Virus record (IMG/VR): IMGVR_UViG_3300025121_000023
Location: 1-64,000 of that record
Length of the DNA: 64,000 bases
Strand: one strand, 5' to 3'
Source of the DNA: a virus
Below the pieces are notes generated by a model. That model was not told where the DNA came from. It worked only from the letters and a program-made list of their open reading frames with translations, and searched no databases. Both the position numbers and the translations under genes were made by a program. This document shows, piece by piece, positions 30,359-40,516 of this stretch (position 1 is the stretch's first letter; each line of letters begins with the position of its first letter).

Positions 30359-30457
30359 AAAATAATAATTCTTTTTTAAGATATATTTTAAAAAGAAATT
30401 AAAGTTTAATATATAAAGAAAAATGAATATTAATAAATGAAAAAGATTATAATATTA

Positions 30458-31561
30458 TTAATTATTTTTATTTAAAAAATCTTTCCAACCTTTCCAACCC
30501 CTATCTTTTTTATTATAATAATTTTCTGGATGATTTGGTATAATTTCTGGTATTTTATTATTTTTGGCATTCAACATCCATTCTTTTTTGCTTTTGATAT
30601 TAATTTTTTCTTTAATATATTTTTTAGATTCTTCATATGATATATAATTTTCAGCTATTTTATTATCTCGAACTTTATTAGTTCCTAAAAAATCACCCAT
30701 ACTAATCCACCCATTATTTTTATATGTTGAAGATGGTGTTAAAGGTATATTTAAATTTTCTATAACTTTTTTATTATATTTTCTCCATTCCGATCTACTT
30801 TTAATATTTAATGGTTTAATAAGTTTTTTAGCTTCTTCATATGAAACAAAATTTTTATTTTTATGTGCTAATCTGTTAGTTCCTAAAAAATCACCCCAAC
30901 TAACCCATCCTCTATTTTTATTAGCATAAAATCTATCTGGTCTATTTGGAATAGTTTCTGGTATTTCATTATTTTTTAGTTTCATTTTCCATTCTTCAAT
31001 AGTATTAGCTATTATATAATTTTTAATATAATTCTTAGCTTCATTGTATGATATATATTTTTCTACTATTTTGTTATCTTGAATTTTATTGGTCCCTAAA
31101 AAATCCCCCCAACTAATCCAACCATTATTTTTAAATGTTATATTAGGGTTAAATGGTAAATTATATTTATTTTTAATATTTTTATGATTTTTTTCCCAAT
31201 CGTTTCCACTTTTAATATTTAAACGATGTGCTATTTTTTTTGCATCTTCATAAGAAATTGTATATAATAATCCGTGACCTCCATCACCACCACCAGTATG
31301 ATTAGTTAAATTCGGTAATTTTTTAATCCAATATTTTTCTTTTTCTATCCAATCATTATTATTACATTTTTCTAATATTTTAATTTTTATTTGATTACCT
31401 TTTTTCAATTCTTTTCGTATCCAATTATGTTTATATGTTTTACAATTTCTAATAGTATCACTTAAATGTTCATATAATCTCTTTTCTAAATTATTAGTTT
31501 TTCCGACATATCGTATATCATTATCCATATTAGTATACAACCCATAAATATACATTGTCAT
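30458..31561 (-). CDS. GIY-YIG homing endonuclease with four tandem repeats (integrase-repeat-like)
   Basis: YIYGL...RYVGKT...RLYEH; 4x SYEEAK...IP..P...GWxSWGDFLG. Confidence 0.88.
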   Translation of the reverse strand: MTMYIYGLYTNMDNDIRYVGKTNNLEKRLYEHLSDTIRNCKTYKHNWIRKELKKGNQIKIKILEKCNNNDWIEKEKYWIKKLPNLTNHTGGGDGGHGLLYTISYEDAKKIAHRLNIKSGNDWEKNHKNIKNKYNLPFNPNITFKNNGWISWGDFLGTNKIQDNKIVEKYISYNEAKNYIKNYIIANTIEEWKMKLKNNEIPETIPNRPDRFYANKNRGWVSWGDFLGTNRLAHKNKNFVSYEEAKKLIKPLNIKSRSEWRKYNKKVIENLNIPLTPSSTYKNNGWISMGDFLGTNKVRDNKIAENYISYEESKKYIKEKINIKSKKEWMLNAKNNKIPEIIPNHPENYYNKKDRGWKGWKDFLNKNN

Positions 31562-31597
31562 AATTATTTTGATTTGTTTATACTGGTATATATAAAA

Positions 31598-31634
31598 ATA
31601 AAAAGCCCACTTTATATAAAGCGGGCTTTTTATT
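31598..31634. terminator. intrinsic terminator after clpP
   Basis: AAAAGCCC...GGGCTTTT hairpin. Confidence 0.75.
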
Positions 31635-31649
31635 TAAATTAATTATATT

Positions 31650-32381
31650 TTAATTACCTTCTTCACCAATAATTGTGTCAATTGCTCCTTTTTCACCATA
31701 TTCTTTTGCTTCAAATGAAGTCAACCAAAAATCTCGTTCTGCATCAATTTTAACTTGTTCTAATGATTGCCCACATTTGTCAGCAATAATTCCATTAGTT
31801 TCTTCTTTAAATCTTTGAATCTGTTTATATCTAATTCCGATATCTGTTGCTTGTGAATGACCTATTGTAGCAAGAGGTTGATGCAACATTAAACGACTAT
31901 GTTTTAAAGCTGATCTTTTAATGCCATTGATAGATAAAATAAATGCCATACTAGCTGCCATTCCAGTCACAAGTGTATTAACATCTGGTTTAATGAAATC
32001 CATAGTGTCAAATATTGAGTATCCAGCTACAATCGAACCTCCTCCTGAGTTAATATACAAGTCAATTGGTTTTTCGCTATCTTGAGATGCTAGGAACAAT
32101 AATTGAGCAGTAACGATATTACTAACAGTATCATCTATTCCTGTTCCAAGGAAAATTATACGGTCTATCATCAATCTACTGAACACATCCAACTGTGTTA
32201 TGTTCATTGGTCTTTCCTCGATAATTGAAGGGTTAATATGACCAGAAACTCTAGCTCTATTCTGTATATCTAGGTGGTCATATGCTTTATTTTGGAAATC
32301 TATATAATCACCCATAGCTATTCCACTAATACCTTTATCTTTACGAAAAAGGTTAAAGTCGTGTTCGAAATTTTCTCTCAT
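31650..32381 (-). CDS. clpP: ATP-dependent Clp protease proteolytic subunit
   Basis: DVFSRLMIDRIIFLG, YINSGGG, GMAASMA, MLHQP, ERDFWL. Confidence 0.95.
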   Translation of the reverse strand: MRENFEHDFNLFRKDKGISGIAMGDYIDFQNKAYDHLDIQNRARVSGHINPSIIEERPMNITQLDVFSRLMIDRIIFLGTGIDDTVSNIVTAQLLFLASQDSEKPIDLYINSGGGSIVAGYSIFDTMDFIKPDVNTLVTGMAASMAFILSINGIKRSALKHSRLMLHQPLATIGHSQATDIGIRYKQIQRFKEETNGIIADKCGQSLEQVKIDAERDFWLTSFEAKEYGEKGAIDTIIGEEGN

Positions 32382-32479
32382 AATTAGTTTAATTTAAGTT
32401 AATACTGTTATTTGTCTATTTTAATAATTAACATCTAAGATAGTAATTTTTTTTTAATTTACAAAAAAAATCACTTTAT

Positions 32480-33565
32480 TTAACATTTAAAATTATTTTG
32501 TTTAGATAATTTTTCTAATAATTCTTTTTCTTTATCTGTTATTTCATTAGGAACACCAACACTTATATAGATTAATTCATCACCTAATGTTCCTCCTTGA
32601 TCTGATAAACCTTTTTTCTTTAATCTTAATACTTCACCATTTTTAGTATGAGGTTTAATATTTATTATAGCCTCATTATCTAATGTTGGAATATTAATTT
32701 TTCCACCTAAGATAATTTTAGTTATTGGTAATTCTAATTTATAAATTATATTATTACCACTTCTTTCAAAATGTTTATGTTTAATTACATTTACAAATAC
32801 TATTAAATCACCGTTAATACCGTTATTTCCTGGTCGTTCAGGTGCATGTCCTTTATTATGAACTTGAAATTTACTTCCATCTTCAACACCTTTTGGTATT
32901 TTAATAACTAATTCTGTTTCAGAATTTTCAACTCCATTTCCATTGCATTTTTTACAAGAATTTATTATAATTATTCCTAATCCTTTACATTGATCACAAG
33001 TAGTTGTAGTTGACATAGTTCCTATTGGTGTATGTCTAGTTACCTGTATAATACCGTTTCCATTACATTTAGAACATTGTTTAGTATCACCACCAAATCC
33101 ATCACAACTTGAACAACCGATATTTCTATTATATTTAACAGTTTTTTCTAAACCATCTCTGACATTTATTAAAGTCAAATCTATTTTAATTTGAATATTT
33201 TGTCCTTTAAATTTTCTTTGACCACTTCTATTATTTCCACCAAACCCACCAAATGTATTAAATATATCATTTATATTAAATCCACCACCAAATGGTTGAC
33301 TACCAAATCCACTAAACCCACCGAATCCACCACTACCAAAAGGATTTCCTTCTGCTGTTCCGTATTGATCAAAATTACTTCGTTTATTATCATCTGATAA
33401 TATTTCATATGCTTCTGATACTTCTTTGAATTTTTCTTCTGCTTCTGGATTATTTGGATTTTTATCAGGATGATATTGAACAGCTTTTTTTCTATAAGCT
33501 TTTTTTATTTCATCTTTAGTTGCAGTTTTATCTATATCTAGTATATTGTAATAATCTTTTGCCAT
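32480..33565 (-). CDS. dnaJ: chaperone DnaJ
   Basis: J domain with HPD, G/F region, four CxxCxGxG repeats, C-terminal domain. Confidence 0.96.
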   Translation of the reverse strand: MAKDYYNILDIDKTATKDEIKKAYRKKAVQYHPDKNPNNPEAEEKFKEVSEAYEILSDDNKRSNFDQYGTAEGNPFGSGGFGGFSGFGSQPFGGGFNINDIFNTFGGFGGNNRSGQRKFKGQNIQIKIDLTLINVRDGLEKTVKYNRNIGCSSCDGFGGDTKQCSKCNGNGIIQVTRHTPIGTMSTTTTCDQCKGLGIIIINSCKKCNGNGVENSETELVIKIPKGVEDGSKFQVHNKGHAPERPGNNGINGDLIVFVNVIKHKHFERSGNNIIYKLELPITKIILGGKINIPTLDNEAIINIKPHTKNGEVLRLKKKGLSDQGGTLGDELIYISVGVPNEITDKEKELLEKLSKQNNFKC

Positions 33566-33589
33566 TGTTTATATTGTTTTAAAAAAATT

Positions 33590-33697
33590 GGTAGATAAAA
33601 AATAATCCCGATAATATTCTCCATTAAGAAGTTTGACCGTTGCAATTGCGGTATTTATCATGTTATACTTCTAAACAACTTTTCTTTTTTATCTACC
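33590..33697 (-). ncRNA. candidate structured leader RNA of dnaJ
   Basis: 13-bp closing stem GGTAGATAAAAAA/TTTTTTATCTACC with nested AGAAGT/ACTTCT and ACCG/CGGT stems. Confidence 0.45.
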
Positions 33698-33710
33698 TTA
33701 CTTTTGGTAT

Positions 33711-33751
33711 GTCAAATATAATACCAATTTACATTATATGCTATTTTGTCA
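33711..33751 (-). promoter_or_regulatory. sigma54-like promoter with upstream TGWCAAAAT box, dnaJ
   Basis: TGACAAAATAGCA-N11-TTGGTATTATATTTGAC; core 15/17 identical to the clpC element. Confidence 0.6.
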
Positions 33752-33777
33752 GTTTTGTTTATAATTTTTAATATATA

Positions 33778-34068
33778 TTAATTGTATTTAAGTATTTCTT
33801 TTATATCTTCAGGATATTTATTTTCAGCAATAATATATTTATTAAATGCATTTAAACTAGTTACACCTAACATTTCATCATTATCACTATAAACAGTAAT
33901 TTCAAAACAAGTTATAATATATTTTACACCTTTATAACTAAGATCATATTGTAATTTTGTACAATCATCATATAAATTTTCAAAGGTAGTTATTTTACCT
34001 TTTCTCATAGTTATTATACTATTAGGTATATTTTTTGTTTCACCGACTATTTTTAATAAATAATACAT
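33778..34068 (-). CDS. hypothetical protein
   Basis: 96 aa ORF. Confidence 0.55.
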   Translation of the reverse strand: MYYLLKIVGETKNIPNSIITMRKGKITTFENLYDDCTKLQYDLSYKGVKYIITCFEITVYSDNDEMLGVTSLNAFNKYIIAENKYPEDIKEILKYN

Positions 34069-34080
34069 TTCATATTTTTT

Positions 34081-34096
34081 TGTTCCACGTGGAACA
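34081..34096. promoter_or_regulatory. parS-like centromere palindrome
   Basis: perfect TGTTCCACGTGGAACA in a 29-bp intergenic gap. Confidence 0.8.
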
Positions 34097-34097
34097 A

Positions 34098-34409
34098 TTA
34101 ACTAAAAATTTCAAGTTTTTCATCTACCCAAGAACGTCTCCATCTTAACCAAGGATTTTCGAATGATAAATTATCATTAAATTTAACTATACGTTTAAAT
34201 TGAAGCCTAGATGTTACTACATATTTATTTAACCAACAAAAATGTTTCATAATAACAACAGGTATAATAGGAAATATTGTTCTTCTATATATACGACTAG
34301 TTATTTTAATTTCATAATGTCGATGTGGATGAATATTAATATCATTTGAATCTATTGTTTCTATAATAGTAAATTCTTCTCCACCTATTCTAAATTTTTC
34401 TTTTGCCAT
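34098..34409 (-). CDS. hypothetical protein (paralogue of 34450)
   Basis: EKF..GG/NG..F.IIE...SNDI, PI.P, Trp-rich C-terminus. Confidence 0.65.
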   Translation of the reverse strand: MAKEKFRIGGEEFTIIETIDSNDINIHPHRHYEIKITSRIYRRTIFPIIPVVIMKHFCWLNKYVVTSRLQFKRIVKFNDNLSFENPWLRWRRSWVDEKLEIFS

Positions 34410-34449
34410 ATTAGTAATTTATAAATAATTGATATGATCTATCCATATC

Positions 34450-34749
34450 TTAAATCATATCAATTATTTCTTCTGATAACCATTCATATTTCCACTTACC
34501 CCAATATTTACGATATGTCCACTCATCATTGAAATATTGTTTACGTAATATATAAAGTCTATAAACAATTATGCATTTTTTAAACCAACGAAATTTTCCA
34601 CCTATATGTATTGGAAAAATAGGATATACTTCTTTTTTGATAATTTTATTAGTTTTTTTAACTTCAAATTCATTATCTCCTTCTATATCATTAGAAACAA
34701 AAGATTCAATTATATCAAATATATATCCATTAAATTTAAATTTTTCCAT
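34450..34749 (-). CDS. hypothetical protein (paralogue of 34098)
   Basis: shared motifs with adjacent ORF. Confidence 0.65.
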   Translation of the reverse strand: MEKFKFNGYIFDIIESFVSNDIEGDNEFEVKKTNKIIKKEVYPIFPIHIGGKFRWFKKCIIVYRLYILRKQYFNDEWTYRKYWGKWKYEWLSEEIIDMI

Positions 34750-34770
34750 CAGTATATTTTTAAATTTGTT

Positions 34771-35373
34771 TTACATTCCACCAAACATTATTGCATAAGC
34801 AATTCCAAATTGTCCAACAAATAATAACATATATAGAAATTTAACAAAAGCATCACCATCATAATCAACAGGTTTAATTATTTCATATTCTATATTTGTA
34901 TCCCATAATCTTCGTATTAGTGGTACTTTTGTTTTAGCTATTTTTTTAATACCAAATTGGTTTTTATAAAAAATTGGAAGAGATATTGAACATATTATTA
35001 TGAGTAAAATACCTATTATAATTCTAACAGCATCCTTACCCATTACTTTCCAGGCTATTAAATACATTGTGAATTTTCCTACATTTGTACCACTGAATTC
35101 AACAGCAACATCTTTAACTGCAAATAATCCTTCTCTGATTACTGAACCAATTTCACTACCAACACCTACCCATTTACCATAATGTGATATTTTATCTTCC
35201 AACATTTTCAATTCTTTTTCAGCTTTAATTTTAGCTAATTGATCAGGTGTTAAATCACTTTCATTTACAGTAATTGTTTTTTCGGGAACCACTGTTGTTT
35301 GTGCATTTGCACTTGGACAACAAGATAATGCAATCATTAAAATTGCAAATAAAATAAATCCTAATTTTTTCAT
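34771..35373 (-). CDS. signal-peptide membrane protein
   Basis: signal peptide, GKWVGVGSEIG...IAWKVMG, TM segments. Confidence 0.7.
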   Translation of the reverse strand: MKKLGFILFAILMIALSCCPSANAQTTVVPEKTITVNESDLTPDQLAKIKAEKELKMLEDKISHYGKWVGVGSEIGSVIREGLFAVKDVAVEFSGTNVGKFTMYLIAWKVMGKDAVRIIIGILLIIICSISLPIFYKNQFGIKKIAKTKVPLIRRLWDTNIEYEIIKPVDYDGDAFVKFLYMLLFVGQFGIAYAIMFGGM

Positions 35374-35418
35374 TTTGTGTTTAATTTAAGTTAATATAAG
35401 TATTTAAAAATTATTATA

Positions 35419-35450
35419 CAAAGATATAATAAAATATTTTATAAACCAAA
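35419..35450 (-). promoter_or_regulatory. Bacteroidota primary-sigma promoter
   Basis: TTTG-N20-TATCTTTG. Confidence 0.75.
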
Positions 35451-35460
35451 TTAAAAAATA

Positions 35461-36675
35461 TCAAATTTGATATATTGGACAAGCAATCCCACAAGTTTTA
35501 TTATTAATAGTTATATTAGCAAAATCCCTTGTTTTTTTAGCTAACCAAACATCTTTCATAAAATTATCAATTTCTAAAACATTTATTCCTTCAGACCAAT
35601 CTCCTGGTGCATTTTTTACATTTTCTGAAAAGCTACATGGATAAAAAAAACCTAATGAGTTGATATATAATGAGTTTAATGTACTTTCACAACTCTCTGT
35701 ATATTTTTCTATATTTTTTGCATTTGGTCTTGATTGTATCACTTTTACGAATTTTGGTTGAGTGCAAGAGTCAAATCCAATAGGAATATTATTATTTAAT
35801 GCATAATCTACAATATTTTTAAATTTTTCATTACTTAATATCGAATATGCATTATCAACTGATCGACCTTTTTTCTTAAGACTTAAAAATACCAGGGCGT
35901 TAAGTGATTTTAATCTTGAATCAGTTTTTATATCTTTCATTAATTTAAATGCATTATCATATGTTTCTGTTGATAACATATAATGAATATTGCATTGTTT
36001 CATTCCTCTATTTGTCAATTCTTTTATAGCATTGTATGTTAAATTTTTATTATAAAAACTAACAGCGACTGCACCCATTGTAGATGCTAATTTATCAAAT
36101 AATTCAGGTGCCATACGATCACCATTTATTGTTACATTAGGAATTACACCATTATTTCTACAATAATTAAATATTTCCCACATATCAGGGTTTGCATCTA
36201 TATCCGTAATTCCAAAAGCAATCTGAGTTATAGTTGGAATTAATTTATTAAATAATTTTTTAAATGTATCTAATGACATATTACCTTCACCATTTATTTG
36301 AGGATGGTTAGATTTATAACAAAAAGAACAAGGTCCTATTCCTTTTACCCCATGACAAGATGTACTCAACTCTATATCAGCAATTTCTGGTAAAAATTGA
36401 TACATATTTCCATCGGTTTCTAAGTCCATTAAAAATTCTTTTAAATCGATCTTACCAAAAAAATCAGTCCAAATTTTATAAATCATTAAACTTGCACCAC
36501 TTACTATTTTTGGTTTTTCTGTACCTTTTCTATTTCCCCATCTAACAAAAAATCCGTCTTTCTTATTAAAAAAAAAATTATAATCATCTGATTTAAATAG
36601 TTTATATTTATCAGTATCTATAACTATACCGACAGAACCATCTATCATAGTTATTTCGTTTGTTATAATTTTCAT
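35461..36675 (-). CDS. radical SAM protein with SPASM/twitch-like C-terminus
   Basis: CHGVKGIGPCSFCY (Cx8Cx2C), NVTING, SCES...YPCSF...CPIY. Confidence 0.85.
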   Translation of the reverse strand: MKIITNEITMIDGSVGIVIDTDKYKLFKSDDYNFFFNKKDGFFVRWGNRKGTEKPKIVSGASLMIYKIWTDFFGKIDLKEFLMDLETDGNMYQFLPEIADIELSTSCHGVKGIGPCSFCYKSNHPQINGEGNMSLDTFKKLFNKLIPTITQIAFGITDIDANPDMWEIFNYCRNNGVIPNVTINGDRMAPELFDKLASTMGAVAVSFYNKNLTYNAIKELTNRGMKQCNIHYMLSTETYDNAFKLMKDIKTDSRLKSLNALVFLSLKKKGRSVDNAYSILSNEKFKNIVDYALNNNIPIGFDSCTQPKFVKVIQSRPNAKNIEKYTESCESTLNSLYINSLGFFYPCSFSENVKNAPGDWSEGINVLEIDNFMKDVWLAKKTRDFANITINNKTCGIACPIYQI

Positions 36676-37210
36676 TTTAATATCCTAAATATGGTAAACT
36701 TAAAATTCGTTTAATATTATAACCATTAAAAGGCCATTCTTCATTACAATGTGTTTGTATGAAATAATTTTTTTCCTGATTTGGAAATGTGCCATTTTCA
36801 TATTTATGAATAAAAGATGTAATTTTATCTGCTATTTCCCAATCATACCCATCAACTCCTCTAGGATTAGCAAATGCTTCATTTATTGTAGTTATTATAA
36901 AATCATAATGACACATATCTAATAATACAAAATGAATTTCATCACCCGATTCGTGCCAAGTTACTAAAAAATATTCTTTCATAATTTTTTTTTTACAAAT
37001 TTAATTAAATATATTCTATTTTTTCAATAATAGTAAAATTTGCAGGATATAAACTTATGGTTTCTCCATCTTCATCTAAAAATATAATTGATGAATTTTC
37101 AATAATATAATTATATGCTTCTAACATATCAATGTAATATTGACGTTCATATTCATCACTATTACTAGGGTATAATATTTTTAAATGATATTTTTTCATA
37201 TATATAAATT

Positions 37211-38155
37211 TTACATTGCACCAAAAATATCTCTACTAATAGATTGCCCACTTGCAATTCTTTTAATTGCTTGTGCAAGTAATTCATCAGTAGATAATAC
37301 TATTATTTTTTTACTTAGTTCTGATTGAATAGGAATAGTATCAGTAACTATCAATTCATCTAATTTAGAATTATTAATATTATCATAAGCATTTCCTGAT
37401 AATATAGGATGTGTTATAAGAGCCCTAACTGATTTAGCACCACTATTCATAACTAAATCAGCAGCTTTACAAATTGTTCCAGCAGAATCAATGATATCAT
37501 CAATAAAGAAAACATCTTTGCCTTTTACATCACCGATAAGTTTCATTTTAGATACATCTCCATTAGTACCTCTTTCTTTATGAACAAGTACTAAATCAGT
37601 ATCAAATGCATTTGAATAACGACTTGCTCTTTTTGAACCTCCTACATCTGGTGATGCAAAAACCATATTATCAATAGAAAAATTTTCTCTAAGATAAGGA
37701 ATAAATATAAAACTTGAACTTAAATGATCTACTGGAATATCAAAAAATCCTTGAATTTGATCAACATGTAAATCAATTGTTATAACTCTATCAGCACCAG
37801 AAGCAGTTATTAAATTGGTCATTAATTTAGCTGATACCGGAACACGTGGTTCGTCTTTTCTATCTTGTCTAGCGTATCCAAAATAAGGAATAACGGCACA
37901 AATTTTTCTTGCAGATGCTCTTTTAGCAGCATCTAACATTAAAAATAATTCAATCAGATTATCACTACTTGGATTAGTAGATTGAATTATAAATATTTTT
38001 TTCTCTCTTACTGTTTCACCAAAACGAACTTTAATTTCACCATCACTAAATTTTTTAATACTGATATTATTTAATGTTTTTTTATCAGAATATTTTTCTA
38101 CTACTTTTTTAGCTAGTTTTTTAGATGCTGTTCCAGAAAAAATTTTTATACTCAT
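37211..38155 (-). CDS. prs: ribose-phosphate pyrophosphokinase
   Basis: FSDGEIKV, PYFGYARQDRK, DLH..QIQGFF, SPDVGG, DDIIDSAGT. Confidence 0.96.
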   Translation of the reverse strand: MSIKIFSGTASKKLAKKVVEKYSDKKTLNNISIKKFSDGEIKVRFGETVREKKIFIIQSTNPSSDNLIELFLMLDAAKRASARKICAVIPYFGYARQDRKDEPRVPVSAKLMTNLITASGADRVITIDLHVDQIQGFFDIPVDHLSSSFIFIPYLRENFSIDNMVFASPDVGGSKRASRYSNAFDTDLVLVHKERGTNGDVSKMKLIGDVKGKDVFFIDDIIDSAGTICKAADLVMNSGAKSVRALITHPILSGNAYDNINNSKLDELIVTDTIPIQSELSKKIIVLSTDELLAQAIKRIASGQSISRDIFGAM

Positions 38156-38168
38156 AGTTTTTATTTAT

Positions 38169-40144
38169 TTATTTATATTTATTAATTCTTCTTGGTGTAT
38201 AATCAGGTGCTATTGGTTTATTTTCTGTTAACATATCCCAAGATATTCCCCAATTATCTAATCTTGGTAATAATTTATTTTTATCAACATAATAAGGATA
38301 TGGTGTACCAATGTATTTATTCATACGTATATTCCAACCAGCTTGTATTTTGTGAAACCCCAACCCCCAATCTTCACCAAATTCTTTTATAAATTCAGTT
38401 TCAGTTTTAAATCTATATGGATAATGTTCTGTCATTTCTTTCTTCTTGGTGTATAATCAGGTGTAATTGGTTTATTTTCTGTTAACATATCCCATGATAT
38501 TGACCAACCATCAAAACTTGGTAATCTTGTAAATGGTATTTCTAATCTATCGACATAATAATAAGGATATGGAATGCCAAATAAATAATTCATTTTTGGT
38601 ATTGCCCAATCAACAGTACCTCTTCTACCAATATTCCAATTTTCACCAAATTCTTCTATAAATTCAGCTTCAGTTTTAAATCTATATGGATAATGTTCTG
38701 TCATTTTATTATATTATCTAAGTTTTTAAAATAATTTTGTAAAGATACAAATTTATTATTATTATTACAAATATAACCTATATTATGTATAATTACGTGT
38801 TCTTTATATCCAGTTTTCACCAAATTCTTTTATAAATTCAGCTTTAGTTTTAAATCTATATTGATAATGTTCTTTTATTTTTTTTCTTCTTGGTGTATAA
38901 TCAGGTATATTTGGTAGAATAGTAATATCTAAAAAAAACATTTCAAAACCCATATCATCTCTTAACAATGACCACCAAGGTTCATTTATATTATGTTTAT
39001 ATTTTTCTATAATAGTTAAAGATTTATCTATATTTCTATATAGAAAAGTATTTGAATCTCGTTGCCAAGCAAACTTATAAACTTTAAAATAGTAAGTGCT
39101 TTTAACTAAACTTTCAGCATTTTTAAATAATCTAACTTTGTCTCCTACAAAATATTTAGGTAATTCCCAACCATTTATATCAACTAATTGTCTTATTTTT
39201 TCGTTATCTCTATCTCGTAAATTTAACATTTTATTTTTGGGTTTATAATATAGTACTCTTTCTTTTACACCATATTTTAAAATATTTTCTATTATATCTA
39301 ATTCATTAATATATCATATTATCAAATCTAATAACTATATTCTTGATAATATGATGTATTATGTTTATCATTTCTTTTTCTTCTTGGTGTATAATCAGGT
39401 GCTATTGGTTTATTTTCTGTTAACATATCCCAAGATATTGTCCAATAACTTAAACTCTGTAATAATTTATTTTCATCAACATAATAAGGATATGGAATGC
39501 CAAATAAATAATCCATATCGTTATTCCAACCAGATCTTATTTTTTGAAATCTCCAGCGTTCACCAAATTCTTTTATGAATTCAGCTTCAGTCTTAAATCT
39601 ATATGGATAATGTTCTGTCATTTCTTTTTTCTTCTTGGTGTATAATCAGGTTTAATTTCTGTTAACATATTCCAAGATATTGACCAACCATCTAATCTTG
39701 ATAACATTTTATTATTTTTATTAACAAAATAAGGATATGGTGTACCAAAAAGATTATTCATTTTTGGTATTGCCCAATCAACACGACCACCTTTATTGAT
39801 ATTCCAATTTTTACCAAATTCTTTTATGAATTCAGCTTCAGTCTTAAATCTATATGGATAATGTTCTGTCATTTCTTTTTTCTTCTTGGTGTATAATCAG
39901 GTTCAGTTGGTTTATTTTCTGTTAACATATCCCAAGATATTGACCAACCATTTAATTTTGGTAATAATTTATTTTTATCAACAAAATAAGGATATGAAAT
40001 GCCAAATAAATAATCCATACTTGATATCCAATCAACACGACCACCTTTATTGATATTCCAATTTTTACCAAATTCTTTTATGAATTCAGCTTCAGTTTTA
40101 AATCTATATGGATAAGGTTCTTTCATATTTAGTATAATGTCCAA
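38169..40144 (-). repeat. tandem array of short paralogous genes (MTEHYPYRFKTE...PDYTPRR family)
   Basis: five full copies (38169, 38432, 39328, 39618, 39869) and a partial copy at the end of 38804-39229; near-identical DNA at both ends; ATGA overlaps. Confidence 0.92.
38804..39229 (-). CDS. chimeric ORF: unrelated N-terminal domain + PDYTPRR + partial family N-terminus
   Basis: ...IPDYTPRRKKIKEHYQYRFKTKAEFIKEFGENWI. Confidence 0.6.
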   Translation of the reverse strand: MLNLRDRDNEKIRQLVDINGWELPKYFVGDKVRLFKNAESLVKSTYYFKVYKFAWQRDSNTFLYRNIDKSLTIIEKYKHNINEPWWSLLRDDMGFEMFFLDITILPNIPDYTPRRKKIKEHYQYRFKTKAEFIKEFGENWI

Positions 40145-40515
40145 TTATTTTTATAATACAATAATGTATTATCTTTGAAATTAATATTTTCATAATAAAA
40201 ATGACTAGAAAGTGAAAGTTCTTTTAATGTTTTACTAAATTTTAAAAGTGTTTTATATCTTTCTTTTTCATTTCTAAATACATATGAACATACATTGTTT
40301 CCTTCTGGTTTTTTAGGAAAAATAAATGCATTTGGTGTAAATACTGGCCAAAGACCTTTTTTAATACTAAAAAAATTTTTATAACTATAAAAAATAATAT
40401 CATTATAATAATCAATCAATTTATTATGTGCTTTTATGAATGTAATTTTAATAGCTAATTCACCAATTAATTCTACTTTAATAGATAATTTTATATTTGA
40501 AGATAAATCAGGCAT
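40129..40515 (-). CDS. hypothetical protein, 'ERY' family
   Basis: YVFRNEKERYKTL...NNWTLY. Confidence 0.7.
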   Translation of the reverse strand: MPDLSSNIKLSIKVELIGELAIKITFIKAHNKLIDYYNDIIFYSYKNFFSIKKGLWPVFTPNAFIFPKKPEGNNVCSYVFRNEKERYKTLLKFSKTLKELSLSSHFYYENINFKDNTLLYYKNNWTLY

Positions 40516-40516
40516 A

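Noticed and set aside
37838-37853. Other CACGTG-containing sites (37843, 26864, 46762, 54057) as parS
   Set aside because: They lie inside coding sequence and lack the GTT(C/T)...(G/A)AAC arms.
37211-38155. prs as NARP1 Adps and pncB as Namat
   Set aside because: Both look like canonical Prs and NAPRTase with all standard motifs and are 32 kb apart; altered specificity cannot be supported from sequence alone.
38169-40144. CRISPR array or diversity-generating retroelement
   Set aside because: Repeats are protein-coding gene ends about 250-270 bp apart; differences are not adenine-specific; no reverse transcriptase or cas gene in the window.
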